Shown: in pieces, positions 9,390 through 20,221 of the stretch
Layout: every line of letters starts with the position of its first letter
How positions within the stretch are numbered: the stretch's first letter is position 1
Source: an uncultured Gammaproteobacteria bacterium
GTDB lineage: Bacteria > Patescibacteriota > Microgenomatia > Levybacterales > UBA12049
Assembly (NCBI GenBank): GCA_964503265.1
Contig: CAZCYO010000001.1
Span: 226,064 to 290,063, forward strand
DNA length: 64,000 bases
Direction of reading: 5' to 3'
Notes under the pieces: model-generated
What the model was told of the DNA's origin: nothing
The model's database searches: none
The model's input: the letters and a program-made list of their open reading frames with translations, nothing else
Program-made: the position numbers and the translations under genes

Positions 9390-11655
9390 TATCAATCCCA
9401 CTCTTTCTATTATTATCGTACATTATCATGTGGAACATGAATTAGTTGATTTGTTGCAGTCACTTGGAACTTCCCGGGAGCAGGAGATTATTGTAGTAGA
9501 TAATGACGAAAAGCCATTCATAGAGAAGCAGTTGACCAAGCAGTTTCCGTCCGTTATTTATCTGAAAAATAAAAAAAATCTTGGATTTGGAGTAGCAAAT
9601 AATATTGGCTCTAGAGTTGCAAAAGGAAAATATCTTTTTTTCATTAATCCCGACACCATAGTTGAAAAAGGTACAGTTGAAAAACTAATAACATTTTTAG
9701 ATAATCACAAAAAAGCTGGCGCTGTAGCGCCACTTCTTTACCACCCTGACGGAACTATTTTTGAGAAGCAAGGTGTTAAGACACTTACACCTCTTCGTGC
9801 ACTATTTTCAACTTCTCTTATTCATCGAATATGGCCAAATAATCCGATTGCACGTATGTATTGGAATGCTTCCTGGAAAAAAAAGACAGTTAAAGAAGTT
9901 GGTGCCTTACCTGGGACTGCATGTATGATAAGAAAAGAGTTGTTCGACGCAGTAGGCGGTTTTGATGAGAAATTCTTTTTATACTTTGAAGAATTTGATC
10001 TATGCCAAAGAATTAATCAGGGGGGATTATCGTTATATATGATTCCTGATACTAAAGTCATACATTTATGGGGTGTTTCAACTGGACAAAAAGATGATAA
10101 AGACCTTATCTTTAAGGAAAGCCAAGAGTATTATTTTAGAAAATATTATGGTTATGTTATAGCAAAGATTCTTACGACTTTCTTAACATTTGATAAATAC
10201 TCCCTACTGTTACTTCTTCTCTTACTACTCGGATTATTTCTGAGGACATACAGGATTACTGAATTATTTATGTTTATTGGGGATTTCGGATGGTTTTACT
10301 TATCTGCCTGGGATATGGTAACCAAAGGAATAATACCGCTAGTGAGTATTCCCTCCTCTGTCGTCTGGCTTCACCAGGGGCCACTCGCTACGTATATGAT
10401 GGCATTTGCATTATGGGCAGGGAGAATGAACCCTGTGGCTCCAGCACTTCTTTTTTCAGTTATTGATATGGTAACTATTTATTTCGTTTTTTTGCTGGGA
10501 AAAAAAATACGGAACGTAGAAACAGGAATAGTAGCTGCGCTTCTTTATGCTACGTCACCGTTAGTGTTAATCAATGTTCGAATGCCATATCACACGGCAA
10601 TTATTCCGTTTTTTGCTTGTAGTGTTATTTTAATGACGTTACTGGTATTGGAAAAGAAAAGATATTACTTCTGGCTTTTTTTCCTATCAGGACTGCTCAT
10701 ACAATTAGAGCTTTCCAATGCCATCGTTATGCTAATCTTTATGTTTCTTTTTATTTTCTATCGAGAAGAGATTACACTTCGTGTTTCTATTATTCGCGAG
10801 AGTGTATGTGGAATGTTACTGGGGATTTCCCCTTTTATTCTCTATGATGTAACCCATCATTTTACCCAAACACTTGGGTTTCCCTTATGGGTGCTTAATC
10901 GCGTTAGGTTATTCTTAGGTCTTACTACTAGTGGAAACGCCACTACTCATAATCTTCCACAAGTATTTGTGGTCTTGTGGGAGCATATTGCAAGAATTAT
11001 ATTTCCGTACTCAGAAATAATCGTTGCCATCGTTATACTGCTTGCTGTTACTATAATAGGAAGAAAAATAGTAACTACAAAGAAAGCGCTGTTACATAAT
11101 AAATCTTTTATTTTATTATTATTGTGGATCATTGTTCCATTTGTTAGTTTCATAGTTCATGCGGCGCCGGGAGATGCTTATTTTCCATTTCTCTTCCCAG
11201 CCATTATTCTGGGCGTAGCATATGCTTTCTCAGAGCTTTCTAACAATAAACGTATATTCACGTTATTTGTGGTTGTTTTTTTAAGTGTTTTTAATGCAGG
11301 GTACACTCTTTCACAAGATTATTTTCTTTCCACAGAAACTGGTGCTCATTATATGCCACCACATGGATATGGTTTTGGGCCAGCTTTTTATATTCAGAAT
11401 ACAGTTGCAAATAAGGTAACGAAGGATGCTGATGGTAACTCTATTCGTTTACGGGTAGGAGGATATCAAGGAAGTGTTAAAACAGGTGGGGATCAGTTTA
11501 AATATCTGCTTATGCAAAAAGGAGTGAAGCTTTCCTCCAATGCATCGTTAACGTATACAATTTATGAATCAAAGCGTGATATTCCACCAAATGAATCTGT
11601 CTTTTATCAAAATAATTACTATTTTGTAACAAAGACAACTAATGTTAATTTATAG
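9382..11655 (+). CDS. Fusion protein: N-terminal GT2 glycosyltransferase plus polytopic GT-C-like membrane domain.
   Basis: LSIIIVHYHVEHELVDLLQSL...IIVVDNDEKP and FINPDT (GT2), followed by about 400 aa of TM helices and a short C-terminal soluble tail. 757 aa. Confidence 0.7.
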   Translation: MNSINPTLSIIIVHYHVEHELVDLLQSLGTSREQEIIVVDNDEKPFIEKQLTKQFPSVIYLKNKKNLGFGVANNIGSRVAKGKYLFFINPDTIVEKGTVEKLITFLDNHKKAGAVAPLLYHPDGTIFEKQGVKTLTPLRALFSTSLIHRIWPNNPIARMYWNASWKKKTVKEVGALPGTACMIRKELFDAVGGFDEKFFLYFEEFDLCQRINQGGLSLYMIPDTKVIHLWGVSTGQKDDKDLIFKESQEYYFRKYYGYVIAKILTTFLTFDKYSLLLLLLLLLGLFLRTYRITELFMFIGDFGWFYLSAWDMVTKGIIPLVSIPSSVVWLHQGPLATYMMAFALWAGRMNPVAPALLFSVIDMVTIYFVFLLGKKIRNVETGIVAALLYATSPLVLINVRMPYHTAIIPFFACSVILMTLLVLEKKRYYFWLFFLSGLLIQLELSNAIVMLIFMFLFIFYREEITLRVSIIRESVCGMLLGISPFILYDVTHHFTQTLGFPLWVLNRVRLFLGLTTSGNATTHNLPQVFVVLWEHIARIIFPYSEIIVAIVILLAVTIIGRKIVTTKKALLHNKSFILLLLWIIVPFVSFIVHAAPGDAYFPFLFPAIILGVAYAFSELSNNKRIFTLFVVVFLSVFNAGYTLSQDYFLSTETGAHYMPPHGYGFGPAFYIQNTVANKVTKDADGNSIRLRVGGYQGSVKTGGDQFKYLLMQKGVKLSSNASLTYTIYESKRDIPPNESVFYQNNYYFVTKTTNVNL

Positions 11656-13024
11656 GATATATCATACGTAGAAATTTCATAATGCCTTGTGAATTGGTAT
11701 TAACTCCTAAATCGTACGTAGGGGACTGATAAAATCCTAGGAAATAAATGATAAGAGAAAAATTTATAAGTATAAATAGAAAACAAATAATATACATTGT
11801 TTTTGTATTAAATCGATTTTTTAGATAATCAAATAAACATGCTATTCCAAATGAAAGGAAGGGAAGCGTAGAGGTTAACATTCTTACGCTAAATGATTCT
11901 CCTTGTTGCCACGCAGACCAACTAGCTATGAGGTAATACTCTACTACAAATAAGGTAATGAAATACCATCCAAGAGATTTTTCTTTTTTACTAAACGGTA
12001 CTAACCCTAGAATTCCTATGATAACTCCTGGTGACCACCAGAGAAGTCCAATTTTAGAGTTAATAAGTAGCTCAAGCAAATGGGGATTGAGTAAATAAAA
12101 CCCTTCTTTACCGGCAATATATGGACTACGCGTGAACGTCCCGTACATAAGATACCAAACATACATTTGAATCGAGAAAACTAATAGGAAGCCTGCAAAG
12201 AGTACTAGTATATAAAGAAAGTTAGCTACAATGGCACGAAAATTATGTGATTGTATTTTTTGCACTGCATGTTTTCCTATCGCGATAACTGGAAGAAGCA
12301 AAAATATACCCTCTTGTGTCCTAGTCATTGCCATATATCCAACAGTCATGCCAATTGTAAAATAGAGTAATTTTGAAGGATTTGAAATACTCCGTATAAA
12401 TAATAATAAAAAAATACAACTAAGGAGAAATGTTAATGGAAGTGAGTTAACGACATCGATAGCAGCGTAATAGAAAAGAAATGTCGCAAACGTCAGAAAA
12501 ATAATTGTCAACATTGTTACCGATTTACTAAAATATTTTTTAAGCTGAAGAGAAAGTAGATATAGTCCGAGAGAAACAAATAGTACGTTCCATACGCCAG
12601 TTATAATTTGGTATATATCGGAATAACCCAAATTGCTAATATTTGGATTAAAGAAACGTAGTGTATTTGATATACTATCTGCAAATGTAAAAGCTGGAAG
12701 CCATGAGAGAGGAGCTCCCACAGGATATCTGTTCACTGTATAACCAGTTTTTGTATAGTCATTGACGTAACCTAGGGGTTCTTCTACCGCTCTATTATTA
12801 TTTTCGTGAGAATAGTGATGTCCGAGTTCATTTTTAAATTGTATGTCATGATCTTTATAAATTGATCTCGTGAATGCATAGTAAAAAATTCCATCACCAT
12901 AGACTGCTTGACCGACAATTATATAGTGAAGAAGAAAAACTCCAACTAAAAAAGGGAAGATACCAAAGAATATTAATCGCTTAAAAAGCATCTTTTTATT
13001 ATACTGTGGTAGAATTAAATACAC
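11645..13024 (-). CDS. Polytopic membrane protein, GT-C-like. Converges on the previous gene with an 11-bp tail-to-tail overlap.
   Basis: 459 aa, many hydrophobic helices, extracytoplasmic loop YGDGIFYY... Confidence 0.45.
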   Translation of the reverse strand: MYLILPQYNKKMLFKRLIFFGIFPFLVGVFLLHYIIVGQAVYGDGIFYYAFTRSIYKDHDIQFKNELGHHYSHENNNRAVEEPLGYVNDYTKTGYTVNRYPVGAPLSWLPAFTFADSISNTLRFFNPNISNLGYSDIYQIITGVWNVLFVSLGLYLLSLQLKKYFSKSVTMLTIIFLTFATFLFYYAAIDVVNSLPLTFLLSCIFLLLFIRSISNPSKLLYFTIGMTVGYMAMTRTQEGIFLLLPVIAIGKHAVQKIQSHNFRAIVANFLYILVLFAGFLLVFSIQMYVWYLMYGTFTRSPYIAGKEGFYLLNPHLLELLINSKIGLLWWSPGVIIGILGLVPFSKKEKSLGWYFITLFVVEYYLIASWSAWQQGESFSVRMLTSTLPFLSFGIACLFDYLKNRFNTKTMYIICFLFILINFSLIIYFLGFYQSPTYDLGVNTNSQGIMKFLRMIYPIN

Positions 13025-13027
13025 CAG

Positions 13028-13789
13028 ATGAACACATCAGTTATAATTATAACGAAAAACGAAGAAAAGAATATCGAAGAGTGTATTAAAACACTTGAAG
13101 GATACGATGAAATTATTGTGGTAGATGATAATTCATCGGATGCAACTGCAAAAATTGCTAAAAAACTTGGTGCCCAAGTATATGAGCATTCACTTGAGGG
13201 TGATTTTGCCGCCCAGCGGAATTTTGGGCTACAGAAAGCGAAAGGATCATGGATTCTTTTTATTGATGCAGACGAACGGATGAGCCCACAGCTTAATTAC
13301 GAAATTCATAGTCAGATTAATGATGCTATGAGTATTTACAGTGGGTTTTATATTCGGCGAATTGATAAAATGTGGGGAAAGACTATAACACATGGTGAAA
13401 GTAGTCAAACGAAATTTCTACGACTTGCTAAAAAGGGAAGTGGAGACTGGATAGGAATGGTGCACGAGCGATGGATGGTAAACGGAAAAGTTGGGATGCT
13501 TAAACATCCACTCATGCATTTTCCCCATCAAACGATTCGTGAATTTGTTACTGAGATTAATTATTATACTGATTTAAGAGCAGGGGAACTTAATGATAGA
13601 AAAGTAAAAGTTCGAAGACGTGATATTTTCCTTTTTCCATTAGGTAAATTTATTCAAAACTATTTTTTTCGATTAGGAATACTCGATGGGTTAATTGGAT
13701 TACTTCAAGCGATTCTCATGAGTTTTCATTCGTTTTTAGTTCGAGGTAAGCTTTGGTTGCTACAAAATAAAAACTATGAGCAGCTATAA
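13028..13789 (+). CDS. GT2 glycosyltransferase (LPS-core-type, WaaE/KdtX-like).
   Basis: SVIIITKNEEKNIEECIKTL...IIVVDDNSSD, FIDADE (DxD). Confidence 0.75.
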   Translation: MNTSVIIITKNEEKNIEECIKTLEGYDEIIVVDDNSSDATAKIAKKLGAQVYEHSLEGDFAAQRNFGLQKAKGSWILFIDADERMSPQLNYEIHSQINDAMSIYSGFYIRRIDKMWGKTITHGESSQTKFLRLAKKGSGDWIGMVHERWMVNGKVGMLKHPLMHFPHQTIREFVTEINYYTDLRAGELNDRKVKVRRRDIFLFPLGKFIQNYFFRLGILDGLIGLLQAILMSFHSFLVRGKLWLLQNKNYEQL

Positions 13790-14483
13790 AGGGCTACCAA
13801 CACTTGAAGTACTTGAAGGAGCTTGGAGATATAATACTTGGATATCTGAAGCCATACTTCCACATCTTCACAGTCCTATCCTTGAGGTTGGGGCTGGGAC
13901 CGGAAATATAAGTTCAATAGTATTGCGGCATCACTCTCTGTATGTTTCAGATGTAGATGAATATCTTGTAAATACACTAAAAAAGAAACTATCAAAAAAT
14001 GGAAATGTTAATTGTGAAAAACTAGATATAACAAAAAATAATTCCCGTTTCACTAATTATTTTTCTTCACTTTACGCAATTAATGTACTTGAACATATAG
14101 ACGACGATTTACAAGCTTTAAAAAACATGTATAGTCTACTTAATGATGGTGGTACTTTGGTGATACTTGTTCCAGCAAAACAAAATGTATATTCTCGACT
14201 TGATAAGGTACTTGGGCACTATCGAAGATATGAAAAAGAAGGATTGAAAATAAAAGTAGAAGAAGCAGGCTTTATAGTAAAAAAAATATATTTTTTTAAT
14301 TTTCTTGGTCTTATTAGCTGGAGAATTCGTGATCTCTTTGATAAGAGATCTATTCATCTATCTTCTACGCAGATAGCATTATTTGATACACTTGTGCCGT
14401 TATTAAAAAGAGTTGAAAAATATTTTCATATTCCAATCGGAATTTCACTAATTGTTGTTGCGAGGAAGCCGAATGAAAAATAA
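13776..14483 (+). CDS. Class I SAM-dependent methyltransferase.
   Basis: ILEVGAGTGNISS glycine-rich motif I. Overlaps the upstream GT2 gene by 14 nt. Confidence 0.75.
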   Translation: MSSYKGLPTLEVLEGAWRYNTWISEAILPHLHSPILEVGAGTGNISSIVLRHHSLYVSDVDEYLVNTLKKKLSKNGNVNCEKLDITKNNSRFTNYFSSLYAINVLEHIDDDLQALKNMYSLLNDGGTLVILVPAKQNVYSRLDKVLGHYRRYEKEGLKIKVEEAGFIVKKIYFFNFLGLISWRIRDLFDKRSIHLSSTQIALFDTLVPLLKRVEKYFHIPIGISLIVVARKPNEK

Positions 14484-14582
14484 GGGTATAATCATTTTTC
14501 TTATTTGGAGCATCAGTATCTTTTTTTTATATTTCTTTTTTCTTTTCCAGCGTAATATTAGTTCTATAACTACTATTTTAAA

Positions 14583-16322
14583 ATGAAAAATATTTGGTTT
14601 AAAATATTTATTTCTTGTATATTTTTTCTTGGACTATCAACGTATCTCACGTATCCTCTTATTTTTCATTTCACTGATAGTGTAACTAGTCTCGGTGATG
14701 AGCTTCTTATAATATGGATACAAAACTGGGTAATTCACTCATTGCAAACAAATATATGGGGAATTTTTCAAGCAAATATATTTTATCCTTATCATAATTC
14801 TCTAGCATTTTCTGAGACATTTATTACCACAAGTGTATTAGCATATCTCCCATATCTGTTAACTAAGCAGCCGGTAATTACCTTGAATTTCACACTTTTT
14901 ACGTCGACATTTCTTTTTGGTTTTTCTGTTTACTTACTCTGTTTTTATGTGACAAAAAAGAATGCTATTGCATTGGTATGTGGAACACTGGCTATATGCT
15001 CACCAGTGGTGTTAGACAAATCAGTACACTTGCAAGTACTTTCAATTTCGTTTGTACTATTTGCATTACTGGCATACATAGCATTCCTAAAGCGTAAAAA
15101 GATTTCCTATTTTCTTTTATTTCTTTTCTTTTTTCTTTTACAAGTCTATAACAGTTTTTTACCTGGTTACTTTATTATTTGTAGTTCAGTTATTCTAACG
15201 TATTTTTTTGTTCAATATAAGAAAGCTTCGATTACTATTTTTTGGAATAAATACATTGTTATTTCTACTCTATTTTGTGTAATGCTTTGTCTGCCAGTTA
15301 TAGTCCCATACTATCAAGTATCAAAAGAATTTAATTTTGTTCGTGATATCCGAGAATCGATTCATTTGGGACTTCAGCCTGAAGATCTTCTTTATGGGAG
15401 TCAGTATACTCGATTAGCTCCTTTTCTCACGAAGAATTTGAGTTTCTTACATCAATCAACTATTGAACTAAAAAATGGATATTTGGGGGTAGTATTGACG
15501 CTGTTAAGTATTATAGCAGTAGGGTATGGATGTAAAAAATGGAAAAAAAAGGACCCGCTGTCAAATGGGTTTCTCTCGATTGCCTTATTTGGGTTGATAT
15601 TAAGTTTCGGCCCATTTCTCCATCTTGGAAGACACACAATTCATACACCCTTTCCAATTCCTCTTCCTTACGCTCTATTTTATGCTCTTGCACCAGGTTT
15701 TAAAGGATTTCGAAATGCAGCTCGATGGGAAATGTTATTTGTTATAGGGATCACTGTCGTTATCGCAATTATGCTTTCAGATTTTCTCAAAAACAAAACT
15801 AAAATAGTTGTATGTATCATTCTTTTTAGTTTATTAGTAGGAACTGTTATTGAATATGATTTTCCTAGGCATCTTCAGCCTATCCCTTCAATTCCAAAAG
15901 TAAACCAATGGCTTACAACGAGATTAGATACGAGTGTTGTAATAGAAATGCCGATATATGCATGGTATATGCATCCATATGCAACTCAGGAGCTGTTTAG
16001 AGATTATTATTCAGTCTCGAACTTTCTTCCGTTAGTAAATGGTGCCAGTGGGTATTCACCAATTCCTTGGGAAAAAAACTCCAAGCAACTGATGATAGAA
16101 TTTCCCTATGAGCCTTCGTTTGTTAGAATGAAAAAAATTGGTATAAATTATATTATTTTTCATAAAAATGAATTTGACATGCTTAATAAAAATAATTTCA
16201 TGATTGATAGTAAACGAATAGATGATGGAGAAACAATACTCAATCAGCTAAAAAATAATAGAAATGTTACCTTAGTGAAAGAATTCCCTGGTGATTATGT
16301 TTTCAAAATAAATTATGATTAG
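14583..16322 (+). CDS. Polytopic membrane protein with C-terminal soluble domain, GT-C-like.
   Basis: About 400 aa hydrophobic N-terminal region with an LGDELL acidic loop motif. About 150 aa soluble C-terminus. Confidence 0.45.
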   Translation: MKNIWFKIFISCIFFLGLSTYLTYPLIFHFTDSVTSLGDELLIIWIQNWVIHSLQTNIWGIFQANIFYPYHNSLAFSETFITTSVLAYLPYLLTKQPVITLNFTLFTSTFLFGFSVYLLCFYVTKKNAIALVCGTLAICSPVVLDKSVHLQVLSISFVLFALLAYIAFLKRKKISYFLLFLFFFLLQVYNSFLPGYFIICSSVILTYFFVQYKKASITIFWNKYIVISTLFCVMLCLPVIVPYYQVSKEFNFVRDIRESIHLGLQPEDLLYGSQYTRLAPFLTKNLSFLHQSTIELKNGYLGVVLTLLSIIAVGYGCKKWKKKDPLSNGFLSIALFGLILSFGPFLHLGRHTIHTPFPIPLPYALFYALAPGFKGFRNAARWEMLFVIGITVVIAIMLSDFLKNKTKIVVCIILFSLLVGTVIEYDFPRHLQPIPSIPKVNQWLTTRLDTSVVIEMPIYAWYMHPYATQELFRDYYSVSNFLPLVNGASGYSPIPWEKNSKQLMIEFPYEPSFVRMKKIGINYIIFHKNEFDMLNKNNFMIDSKRIDDGETILNQLKNNRNVTLVKEFPGDYVFKINYD

Positions 16323-17916
16323 TGCTGCAATTCTAATAGGTATTTATGCATATAGCATTTTTTTTCTTGGAATTGCAAAAGTTCTAACATCATTTACTAT
16401 TGGCATAGTTACAATAGTATTTGTTTCTATTCTTTTAGCTCTCTTTCTAAAAAAGAGAAGAGATTTTTCTTTCTCGTTTCAACAGTTCGATACTACAAAT
16501 CTAATTGTATTACTAATTCTCTTGTTACAAGCTGTTTTTAATCTTATCGGTGCGTTGGGTCCTGAATATTCATTTGATGCGCTGTGGTATCATTTAATGC
16601 TTCCGAAATTGTATCTTACGCATCATGCCATATACCATGTTCCTGGTGGCTTACTCTATTATTCCGACATGCCAAAACTAGGAGAGATGCTGTTTGTAGC
16701 TGCGCTAACTTTTCATACTGAAATACTCGCTAAGCTTATTCAATTTTCTTTCGGAGTCCTAATTTCTGTTCTCATATATCAAACTTCACGAAAATACTTC
16801 TCTTACTTCATATCACTTCTTGTCGTGCTATTGTTTTATGGAAATCTAGTTGTTGCTTGGGAATCCACAGTAGCGTACATAGATCTTATCAGAACATTTT
16901 ATGAATTTTTTTCATTACTTATTTTTCTAACATGGGTTAAAGAATCAAAAGATCGTTACTTGTATTTGAGTGGAGTGATACTTGGGTTTGCAATTTGTAC
17001 AAAACTTCTTTCTCTTAGTTCACTAGTTATTCTTAGCGGTATGGTTCTCTTTTTTGTAGGTAAGCAGAGAAAAGAAATAGCAATAAAAAAAATGATTTAT
17101 TTTTTGTTTTCTGCACTAATTATTCCTCTCCCTTGGTTTGTTTTTTCTTTTATAAATACGCACAATCCAGTATACCCATTTTTTACTCCTCTCTATCCTA
17201 CTCACGTTTCATGGACTCTTTTACATCCTTTTATTTTTTTTCGGGATATAGTTCAGATTTTTACTCAAGCTGCCGATCCTATTTCACCAGTTTATTTAGT
17301 TGTTCTGCCTTTTTTGTTATTTTATCCTTCTTTTCGAAAAGAAATCAAGATTATTGCAATTTATAGTTTGGGGTCGATTATTCTTTGGTATATCACACCA
17401 CGAACAGGTGGGGGAAGATTCATGCTGCCTTATTTACCAGGTTTTTCTCTGATTGTAGGTGAAATACTTTTCATTCTCTCAAAAGATAAAAAGTATAATT
17501 TCTATCGTATTGCGATTACAGGAATGATTATTTGTATCTCCGTAAGCACACTTATCTATAGAGGAGTTGCCAGTGCTAAATATTTTCCATATCTGTTAGG
17601 AAAAGAGTCGAAGCAATCGTTTCTTGTTAATCATTTGAATTTTTCTTTTGGGGATTTTTTAGATATCGATGGGAAAATACAAAAAATGCTACTACCTACT
17701 GATGTCGTGTTACTTATTGGTTTTCATAATCTTTATTACGTAGATTTTCCATTTATTGACATGTCATATATTCGCAATGGTGATAGGTTCACCTATATCG
17801 CTACACAATATGCATCTCTTCCGCTTAACTATACCAACGCACAGAAGGTCTACGAAGAAAAAAAGACAGGGGTTGTACTCTATCGAGTTGGAGAAGAAAC
17901 ATGGAAAAGCGAATAA
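16315..17916 (+). CDS. Polytopic membrane protein, GT-C-like (GT39/ArnT-like).
   Basis: 533 aa, more than 10 TM helices. In operon with the other GT-C-like genes. Confidence 0.45.
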   Translation: MISAAILIGIYAYSIFFLGIAKVLTSFTIGIVTIVFVSILLALFLKKRRDFSFSFQQFDTTNLIVLLILLLQAVFNLIGALGPEYSFDALWYHLMLPKLYLTHHAIYHVPGGLLYYSDMPKLGEMLFVAALTFHTEILAKLIQFSFGVLISVLIYQTSRKYFSYFISLLVVLLFYGNLVVAWESTVAYIDLIRTFYEFFSLLIFLTWVKESKDRYLYLSGVILGFAICTKLLSLSSLVILSGMVLFFVGKQRKEIAIKKMIYFLFSALIIPLPWFVFSFINTHNPVYPFFTPLYPTHVSWTLLHPFIFFRDIVQIFTQAADPISPVYLVVLPFLLFYPSFRKEIKIIAIYSLGSIILWYITPRTGGGRFMLPYLPGFSLIVGEILFILSKDKKYNFYRIAITGMIICISVSTLIYRGVASAKYFPYLLGKESKQSFLVNHLNFSFGDFLDIDGKIQKMLLPTDVVLLIGFHNLYYVDFPFIDMSYIRNGDRFTYIATQYASLPLNYTNAQKVYEEKKTGVVLYRVGEETWKSE

Positions 17917-19016
17917 AAATAATACTCTATTTAATTGCAATTTTACTAGCGCTTATCGTTAGTAAAGTATTTTTTCAAGATTCCTATTTGGACTTCCGAG
18001 TGTATTATGAAGCTGCTATAAATACATTACAGTATGGTGATCCTTACTCCACGACAGATCCAAACATGTCGTATTTATACCCTCCTTTAACAATTATTCT
18101 TTTTTTACCTCTTACTGTTTTTTCTGTGACGAGTGCAGAAAAAATATGGCTTGTTTTATCAATACTTCTTTTAATTATTTCATTATGGATACTATTTAAA
18201 TTACTTCGTATTTCGTGGAGATCTTATGAGGGACTAGCGTATAGTATATGCTGTTTAGTTTTTTTTCCATTTAAATTCACACTTGGCATGGGACAAATCA
18301 ATATCGTTATTCTTTTTTTTCTTATTCTTTTTTTATATTTCTATGAAAAACAGAAAACATTGTCAGGATTATTTTTAACAGTCGCTATTTTTATCAAAAT
18401 CTCACCCCTTCTATTTCTTGGCGAACTTTTTCTGAGAAAACAGTGGAATATCCTGTTTGGGGTGGTGATCACGGCACTTTGTTTAAGTATTATGTCACTC
18501 TTTATGTTTCCACTTCCGACTGCATATTATGTTTCTTCGATCCTTCCGAGTATTTCACAAGCTTGGCCAACTGCATATTTCAATCAATCACTTACCGGAT
18601 TTTTAGGGAGATTGCCTGTTATGGCATATATGCTTATTATCGCTCGTAGCCTAATTGTTTTAGGAGTACTTGTTATAACAAGTGTGATAGTTAAAAAATA
18701 TGAAAAAGAACGAAATCAACTGCTTGTACTGAGTAGTATCTTTCCAGTACTTTTGATTATTAGTAGCTTTTCATGGCAACATCATTTTATCCTGCTTATC
18801 CCGTCTTATATTATTCTGAGTCATGTGGTCGTTTGCCGTAACGTATTTAATCGCCAAACTATAGTAATTCTCATAAGTATTTTGATAAGTTATCTTTTAG
18901 TTGGGTATAATATAAAGCAACCTGAACTCATGCCCGTACTAGTACAGTCACATGTCTTTTATGGAACCGTAATGCTATGGATAGTGCATTTGTATGTTAT
19001 TCAGAAAGAGTTATGA
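17901..19016 (+). CDS. Polytopic membrane protein, GT87/DUF2029-like mannosyltransferase family.
   Basis: 371 aa, multi-TM, size and hydropathy typical of DUF2029 proteins. Confidence 0.4.
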   Translation: MEKRIKIILYLIAILLALIVSKVFFQDSYLDFRVYYEAAINTLQYGDPYSTTDPNMSYLYPPLTIILFLPLTVFSVTSAEKIWLVLSILLLIISLWILFKLLRISWRSYEGLAYSICCLVFFPFKFTLGMGQINIVILFFLILFLYFYEKQKTLSGLFLTVAIFIKISPLLFLGELFLRKQWNILFGVVITALCLSIMSLFMFPLPTAYYVSSILPSISQAWPTAYFNQSLTGFLGRLPVMAYMLIIARSLIVLGVLVITSVIVKKYEKERNQLLVLSSIFPVLLIISSFSWQHHFILLIPSYIILSHVVVCRNVFNRQTIVILISILISYLLVGYNIKQPELMPVLVQSHVFYGTVMLWIVHLYVIQKEL

Positions 19017-20221
19017 AAAAAATACTTCTTACTTGTTTACTCATAAGTTTCATAGGGGGCGAAGTGACTCGTTTTACTATTTTTAGTAATATTTCTTTTC
19101 GATTACTTGATGTCATTGCACTGTGTATATTCTTAGCATGTATCTTTGAAAATGTTCGTTCAATCTCTAAAAAAAATGTATTTAATTTCACAGCAGCTAA
19201 ATGGTTAGGCGGATTTTTTATAATTGGAATCTTATCGCTTCTTTTTAATCTTCCTAATTTCCCTATTTCTGAGGTTGGTGAAGGATTACTCTATCTGATG
19301 CGACTTGTACTGTATAGTGGCATCTTCTTTTATCTAAAGGATATAAGGAAAGATGAACAATCATACGTAGTTACAGGTATTACGATTACCGGAAGTATAT
19401 TAGTGGTCTTCGGGTTTATCCAGTATTTTTATTATAACAATCTTCGCAATGTGTATTATCTTGGGTGGGATGATCATATGTATCGCATCTTTTCAGTATT
19501 TTTAGATCCTAATTTTACTGGTATGCTTTTTTCACTTTTTGCTCTTTTTCTGATGGGAAGAATTTGGTCGAAACGAAAAGATTCGCAGAAAAATGGTATA
19601 TATTTATTGGTGTGTATACTTGCCGTTACACTTGTGGCTGTCGTAATGACGTTTTCACGAAGTGCACTGATTTCACTTGGAACTGGGAGTATCATCTTTT
19701 TATCGCTAATTGGTAGAAAGAAATATTTTCTTTATTTACTATTAGTACTTGGTGGAATGATAGTTTTGACAATTCCATTCTTTTATATTGAAAATGTAAA
19801 TTTGTTTCGATCAGCATCCAGTGAAGCCCGAATTGAATCAGCACGAAATGCGATTAGTATTAGTAAAGATCATCTTTTAACAGGAGTTGGGTTCAATACC
19901 TACCGCTATGTACAGGTAAAATATGGGTTTAGGCAGGGAATAGGAGCTGAAGTGAGTCATGCAGATAGTGGCACTGATAATAGTTATCTTTTTATTCTCG
20001 CAACGACAGGAATAGGGGGACTTATTGTGTATATTGGTTTTTTGCGTTCACTTTTTCAAATGTCGTGGAATGCGTATAAAGAGAAAAGATCTATTTTTGC
20101 TATCGTTTTTATTGCGTCACTCTCAAGTGTGCTTATTGATAGTTTATTTATCAACAGCTTGTTTTATCCGTTTATTATTGTATGGCTCTGGATGCTCGTA
20201 GGACTCATTAATTATAGTTGA
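19013..20221 (+). CDS. O-antigen ligase/polymerase family protein (Wzy_C-like).
   Basis: TFSRSALISLGTG motif typical of the O-antigen ligase family. Multi-TM. ATGA start/stop overlap with the upstream gene. Confidence 0.65.
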   Translation: MKKILLTCLLISFIGGEVTRFTIFSNISFRLLDVIALCIFLACIFENVRSISKKNVFNFTAAKWLGGFFIIGILSLLFNLPNFPISEVGEGLLYLMRLVLYSGIFFYLKDIRKDEQSYVVTGITITGSILVVFGFIQYFYYNNLRNVYYLGWDDHMYRIFSVFLDPNFTGMLFSLFALFLMGRIWSKRKDSQKNGIYLLVCILAVTLVAVVMTFSRSALISLGTGSIIFLSLIGRKKYFLYLLLVLGGMIVLTIPFFYIENVNLFRSASSEARIESARNAISISKDHLLTGVGFNTYRYVQVKYGFRQGIGAEVSHADSGTDNSYLFILATTGIGGLIVYIGFLRSLFQMSWNAYKEKRSIFAIVFIASLSSVLIDSLFINSLFYPFIIVWLWMLVGLINYS

